A stretch of 64,000 nt of DNA, taken from the NCBI GenBank assembly GCA_964016885.1, contig OZ024742.1:157356001-157420000 (forward strand). Direction: 5' to 3'. This document shows, in pieces, positions 61,201-64,000 of this stretch. The position numbers and the translations under genes are program-made. How positions within the stretch are numbered: the stretch's first letter is position 1; the number at the start of each line of letters is the position of its first letter. The notes beneath the pieces are model-generated. The model was not told the DNA's origin, ran no database searches, and saw nothing but the letters and a program-made list of their open reading frames with translations. The stretch comes from Eledone cirrhosa. Taxonomy: Eukaryota.

Positions 61201-62409
61201 ATCTTAACTATTACATGCAAGGTATGTAGTGTGGATGATTACTTGATGCGAAATCATGTGATGTAATATATATTGTTATACTTAATGAGGGGCATATTGC
61301 GTGTATAGACACACTCACGAGTTATATTTCACTTCAGAAGTTTAAGTCGTCTACGACTGCGTGTACATGTTTGTATCACTGTGTGTGATTATGTTTGTGT
61401 GCTATTATATCCACGAGCTTCTGTATTTAAAATGTGTGTATGTGTGTATGTGTGTCTGTATATGTAGGTCATTAAGACATATTTTTCCTCCCAGTTCTTT
61501 GAGCATGTGTTCTTTTCTTTCTTTATTTTCTATTCTCACTCTCGTCCCACACTAGGAAGTTGTTATTCATTTTATTATTCCTATTAGATTTATTTATGTG
61601 TATTCTTTTATGTTCCTCTGCTGCTAACTCGTGGGGATGGTGTTATTCCATCCATCCTTTCTATTGAGTTGTGTCTTACATTCAGTTATATTTGTAGCAT
61701 AATCAATCTATCTGACCATCGCATCTATTCGGTGTGTAACTACAACGTTTGTTTAAATGACGTTTAGTAAGCCAGCATTTTCCAGTTTGCCATCTTGGTA
61801 GAACGTCTCATTTTTATTCTCGTCTTCGATTTGTGGTCATAGCTCCTTCATTCTTACTCTTATACGACGATTCGCTTCATATACATATATTTGGGCCATA
61901 ATTCTACGTTGTCATATTCTGCATCAAATGCAGATTTGACCAATATAGTTTCTATTGTTTTGTGAACTAACTTTCGGTGAGTGCTGCGTTGGTACATTCT
62001 TATATTTGTTTTATTATATTTGTTTTCTTATATTTGTTTTTTTCCGGACATCGCTTCGGTGTGTGTGAGAGTGTGTGTGTACCGACCCACACTAACTCTA
62101 CAGGTTTAATACTGTATTGATGTGAGTATATATATGTATATATTTTTTTCTTTGACCTCGACCCGGTGTATGTGGGTGTGGAATGTAAGTGTACCCACTC
62201 ACATTAACTGTGACTGACTGTATCCCTACAGATTTAATTGATGTCCAGCGTCTTTTGCAGCGATAGAAATCTGAAAACTTTTAGACCTTAACTGAAGTTA
62301 ATAGCAGTCGCCGTGTCTCTGACTGGTGTGTCTTCATATGAGGGAATGAAATCTGTGAGAGAACATCGTTTTTTTCTCCCTCATATCAAGAATTTGAAGA
62401 CAATTCATT

Positions 62410-62485
62410 TTCACCTGATGAGATCAGTGATAATCGATCATGGCTTCACAATCGATCTATCTCTTTTTGAAACATGTGTCGTGAG
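62410..62485 (+). ncRNA. Candidate type I hammerhead, family G
   Basis: UUCAC CUGAUGA GAUC...GAUC (11 extra nt) GAA ACAUGUGU C^ GUGAG. Confidence 0.55.
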
Positions 62486-63159
62486 TAAATCATTGGAATT
62501 TTACCTTGCCTTCGGATTTTCATTTTGATATATATATTCTCATTCCATGTTTAGGCCTACGTTAACTAGCAACTACACAGTCAATCCTATTCTCCATATA
62601 TGTTATCATGTTTCGCTGTGAGCCGTCTTCTCTCTCCTTCTACCTACCTATTTCGTTGCTATCTACTCTTCCCCCTCTTTTTCCTTTCCTTTTCTCCATC
62701 TCACTTTCACTCACCCTCTCTCTGCCATCCACCTCATTTTTTCCCTCGCCTGACCCTCTAGCAGTCCTTTTCTCACTTATACTCGCTGGGGTTAGACGTG
62801 TCTTTTCGTTCGCCCCCACGCTCTAGAACTTAAGTTCAGTTACTGATGTGGACTTGGATTTTCTTACCTTAAGCTGCTTGCACATTCTTCGGTTTGTTGT
62901 TTTTTTTCGCTGATTTTCTCTTTTTATCTATTTCTCCCCATGCCCTTTCTATTTCCCTTCCCTCCCTCCTCTGTTTTCCCAATAACTTACCTAGTTATTA
63001 AACGCTTTGGAGGTAGATATATTGTCTTTAAAGCATTGAAATATCAGAGACCCCCAGTAGACAACAGAAGAGGAACCCCCCACCATTTCTTGCTCTCTTC
63101 TTATTCTTATTCTATTTTAAGGCTATTTTAACTAGTAACTACACAACCAATCCTATTCT

Positions 63160-63223
<64 letters not shown>

Positions 63224-64000
63224 ATGTGTGTTTGGGTGTGTGTGTCTATCAAAAACACACGCACACATACACGTACATATATATATGTGTGTGTGTGTGT
63301 GTATGTGTGTGTGCGTTTGTGTGTGTGTGTGCGTATTTTATGTGTTTATGTATATTTGTGAATACGAAATTAATCATTTAAGTATTAAATATGCATCATT
63401 AAATAATTTCACAGCCTTTTGTCCATGAACAAGTTCCAGCCATGCGTGCGAGCTCATATCACGTTTAAAATTACCTCTTTATTAAGCGGTCTATCGTGGA
63501 GCAGAACATATAATTCTGTGCTTTCAATATTATTGTCCGGATTCACACATCTCGCCTTTCTGGTAAATACAAGTAGAAAAGGTATTATTTATTTCTCACG
63601 GAAAATAAAGATATTATATCTAAATAATATCAAAGGATATCAAAATGTATCAAGTTATATTTTATATCTAAATAGAAATTAACTGCCAATAAATGAATAA
63701 TACTTCAAATTCAAACTCAGACACACTACATAACAACACATTGCTCGATGTATTGATTTCAAATATATTATTTTACAACATATGACTTATATTTATAAAC
63801 CCCAGTAATAATAGTAAACGTGTTTAGGTAATAATAAATATTATTATAATGCTATTGTTCTTTGGAGCTTGGAAAACTATTACAACGCAATAACAATGGG
63901 ACACGATATATATTTAGAAACATACAAAAGGAAGTTGATTAATATAATAACTAACCTCGTAGAAAAAAATGAAATATCCGTTTCGCTTTATAAATGTAAA

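Noticed and set aside
61620-62000. Possible LINE RT C-terminal remnant on the minus strand
   Set aside because: Only a weak RWSD-like motif among many stops; not supportable.

Overview
AT-rich, microsatellite-dense eukaryotic repeat region with no recognisable intact host gene; the tRNA-derived SINE family suggests an octopod cephalopod (inference). It holds decayed retrotransposons (R4/Dong-like and CRE-like RLE LINEs, five Penelope-like element (PLE) fragments with C-terminal GIY-YIG), eight loci of one SINE, two non-autonomous Helitrons bracketing a 3.1-kb minisatellite, and a mariner remnant. The main signal, read by eye, is a dense set of type I hammerhead ribozyme (HHR) motifs from about seven unrelated repeat families, mostly in tandem or inverted repeats abutting (TA)n. 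These include non-coding tandem units of ~465 bp, ~477 bp and ~1.27 kb resembling retrozymes or non-autonomous PLEs, and a nested inverted-repeat structure of ~17 kb. Unique DNA between the repeats (about 6.7-25.7 kb) looks like decayed, intronless coding sequence of unidentified, possibly viral, origin. Most ORFs in the supplied track are microsatellite artefacts. No searches or folding programs were run.
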